Origin: Paraspadella gotoi
Lineage: Eukaryota; Animalia; Chaetognatha
Direction: 5' to 3'
NCBI GenBank assembly: GCA_051294375.1
Contig: CM119271.1
Coordinates: forward strand, 118,721-182,720
DNA: 64,000 nt
Positions 61,125-64,000 of the stretch are shown piece after piece (position 1 is the stretch's first letter; each line of letters begins with the position of its first letter). The notes under the pieces are model-generated. The model was not told the origin of the DNA. It searched no databases and was given only the letters and a program-made list of their open reading frames with translations. A program made the position numbers and the translations under genes.

Positions 61125-64000
61125 CTTGGAAGTTTAAATGTTTGGCAAAGCTACATTTCTTGTCTACTTTATTTATAATTTACATACAGAAGGCTTCATA
61201 TTATAAAATGAGGTACCTGTTTTTTGTGATCAGAATCTTTTCCCACCAAACTACCCGATCGAATTTCATGAAATTTTATATATAGTCTTAATGACGATAT
61301 AAATAGAACTATCCAGGCGAATTTTAATATTCAACCCCTTTAGTAGCATCAGTACATTGACGTCTTAAACATATAAAAAATATTTTAGAACAAATTAATA
61401 AATTTTCAATAATTAAGCATTATTTTTCCAAGTTTTCCAAATTATTCCAAATCTGACTTGAACAGCTGATGTTTATGAAGCTGAAAATTAAAGTAACCTA
61501 ATTTTTTTGAGGAAATAAATACGTTTTTGTGGAAGAATAAACGTCTGTGCAACTCTTAAAAACAAAAATAATAAAAAAAATTTTGACCATTTTCTGGCCC
61601 AATGGGTGTCTCCCCGGGGGGCCAATATTTCGGCTCAGGGGTCAAATATTGAAATTCGCCTCGATAGTTCTATTTATATTCACATAGGGATCATTCATAC
61701 CAAATTTCAAAGAATTTGGTCCTGTAGTTTTCTCGGAACGTGTTCTGGTCACAAAAAAACAGGTACCTCATTTTATGAAGCCTGTTGACGGCCATTAGTT
61801 TAAAGTTAGTTATAATATTATAAAGTTAGTTATAATATGAAGCCTGTTGACGGCCATTAGTTTAAAGTTAGTTATAATATTATAAAGTTAGTTATAATAT
61901 GAAGCCTGTTGACGGCCATTAGTTTAAAGTGGTTTTCAAATATGTAAAAAGTATGACTTGACTAAATTGCCTGTAATGAAACAAAAGCTAAGATTTTTTT
62001 CCGACGTATTAGATATGAAGAAATATTTTTTTTCTTTCTGCACATTCTGTATTTTAAACTTCTAAAGCCTGTAAGTTTGCCAGTATAGAATGTAGTTGAT
62101 CGTACAGCAAATTAGTATTTAATTAGATTTATTTTCATATTGCATTTTTTTCCGTAAATAAACTTTTTATTTGGTATTTATTAAGATTGTCCTAAATTTT
62201 TTTCAAAATTCAAAATTCCAAGTTTGATTGTACATAATTGAGGATGAGAGTTGTTATTTTGCAATTTGTTACTAGTATAAGCGAATACAAATTGTATTAC
62301 AATTGTATTACAATGAACGAGGTTAGGAACGATTGGTCAATTAAAAGGGTCCCCAAAGTATGAGCCCTACCTTTTCAGCCTGCAAAAAGTACAAGTATGT
62401 CAGGAAAAGAATAAGGGGAAATGTAAGCTCAACTTTTTAAATTTTGATGCGTGATGAAGGGAATTATGAATCAGTTTGGTCTTCACTTGTGATCGCGAGC
62501 AGCGTGAGTGAACAATAATGAACGCGACCTCGACGATTCCACGATCGATTTTCATACGCTAGATCGCCCTCTTTTCTGCGAGTTACTTAAACTTGTAGAA
62601 AAAAAGTGTTTTAAATCCTAACGATTAACTATTAGTAGCATTAGTACTTACTAACAACGATAAATTAAAAAAAAACTCATTTTACTATCCGCTTTTTTTT
62701 ATTTCGTGAAGATAAGCAGGAAAAGCGTAGATAAGCTAAAAAAAGTATATGTAACAAGTAGTTCGATAGGCGACTCATAAAAACACAGCATGTAAACAAA
62801 CTTGATTCGGACTTTCGTTCTTGATAAAAATAAAAACAAACAAAAAACAAGTCAGAGATCTGACTTGAAAATATTTAGGATCAAAAAAGTTTTATATATT
62901 TAATCCGAATCTTTACTACCATTATGATGGCACTTAATAATCATGAGAAAACTACCAATTAACGACTACAAAAATGATTTGCCTGACACATAAAAAAAGT
63001 CCTATCATGCTGTTGATTTGTTTCGCATGCTCAGTAACGAATTAGCAAAGATTTGTATAACAATGATAAAACCCATACTTATGAACAAAAGACAAACTCG
63101 AAAAAAAATAAGGTTCGCCGGTGACAATGGAAAATCAGAGGCACTCGAGCTATCGTTTACTACTTAAACGAGAAGCATTGAGAAAATCTAAATAGTAAAA
63201 AAAAGCAGCTTGAATTAAGAAAAAAAATTCCAACTGATGTTCACATCTCTCAGAAACGAACAATAACAAGAAAATTCTTGAATACGTACAACAAATACCA
63301 AAAGAAAGAATATTGACCAGCGTTAACACAACTATTTTTCTATTCCACTACATCTAACGAAAGCAGAATATCCGCTACTGGGCTATTTCACAATCAAAGC
63401 GACTAGAGAGAGAAAAAAACACACAAAAACTAGAGATAACATTATTTTGTATGATTTGTTTTAGCACAAGATTCCACTCCATACTTCGTACTTGTATAAA
63501 AGGTATGTATAATTTGTAATAATATTTCTTTGTTACAAAAGACCTATAATTAACGATTGTAAAAAAAAATCCAAAAAAAGGCACACACAGAGTTGTTGTT
63601 ATACTTTTTTTTGACTAGCGAAGGGTGCGTCTAAAAAGGCAGCCCGAATGCGTAGGATGTAGATACGAAAAAAAAAGAGTAATAAATCAGCCGCACCAAT
63701 TTACAAAATGTGCGAGGGGACAGGGGGGTGTCGATTGGTGGTTGATGAAAGGATTGGGAGGCAAAGGGGTTTGGGAGAGGGTCGTATGGGCTATGAAGGG
63801 ATATCGGGAGGATGTGTGGCGGGCGAGGGGCAATGAGGATTCGCAAAATGATGTAGGAGCTTAAGGTGGACGACGTTTTGGGACAGGAGAGCGAGAGACA
63901 AAAGTTTTTTTTTACATATTTTTTGCGTGGGTTGAATTCTTAGATTTTTATCCCTCCGGTCTAAAAAGAGAAATTGCTGTCCTCAATCTTCAGAATTATT

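Larger units (their letters stand above)
57140..62250. repeat. Direct duplication (about 57140-59070 and 60470-62250) separated by a noisy inverted copy (about 59220-60290)
   Basis: Direct sequence comparison; the inverted arm has many indels and expanded poly-T runs. Confidence 0.85.

Overview
AT-rich, repeat-dense eukaryotic (animal, invertebrate-like) genomic DNA with GT-AG introns and four small N gaps. Most ORFs in the supplied track are spurious readings of repeats. Three spliced host genes were reconstructed by hand. (1) A minus-strand gene encoding a probable divergent endophilin-like BAR protein (6 exons, 21904->10649, continuing leftwards). (2) A 2-exon NDUFA4/COXFA4-family gene (30127->29376). 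(3) A ~605-aa SLC6-fold transporter (7 exons, 44016->61124) that has lost the conserved TM1 GxGNxWRFPY motif; its last exon is present twice in what looks like an uncollapsed haplotype plus a fold-back assembly artefact. There is also a 5'-truncated U2 snRNA pseudogene. The rest is nested mobile DNA: Helentron/DINE-1-like HINEs, hAT and Kolobok-like MITEs, about a dozen Penelope-type tails carrying minimal hammerhead ribozymes, and five short LTR/TRIM families. Those families share a 5' hairpin and Pol III (tRNA-like, one possibly 5S-like) modules; three show the same PBS and 4-bp TSDs are clear in three. The most unusual object is a decayed ~8.7-kb minus-strand retroelement (1.9-10.6 kb). It has Ty3/Gypsy-type RT-RNase H but no visible protease or integrase, a putative OTU-like protease domain, and a hammerhead-bearing Penelope-like terminus instead of a second LTR; an orphan ~530-codon cassette splits its RNase H. 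All protein-family calls are by-eye motif comparisons, not database searches.
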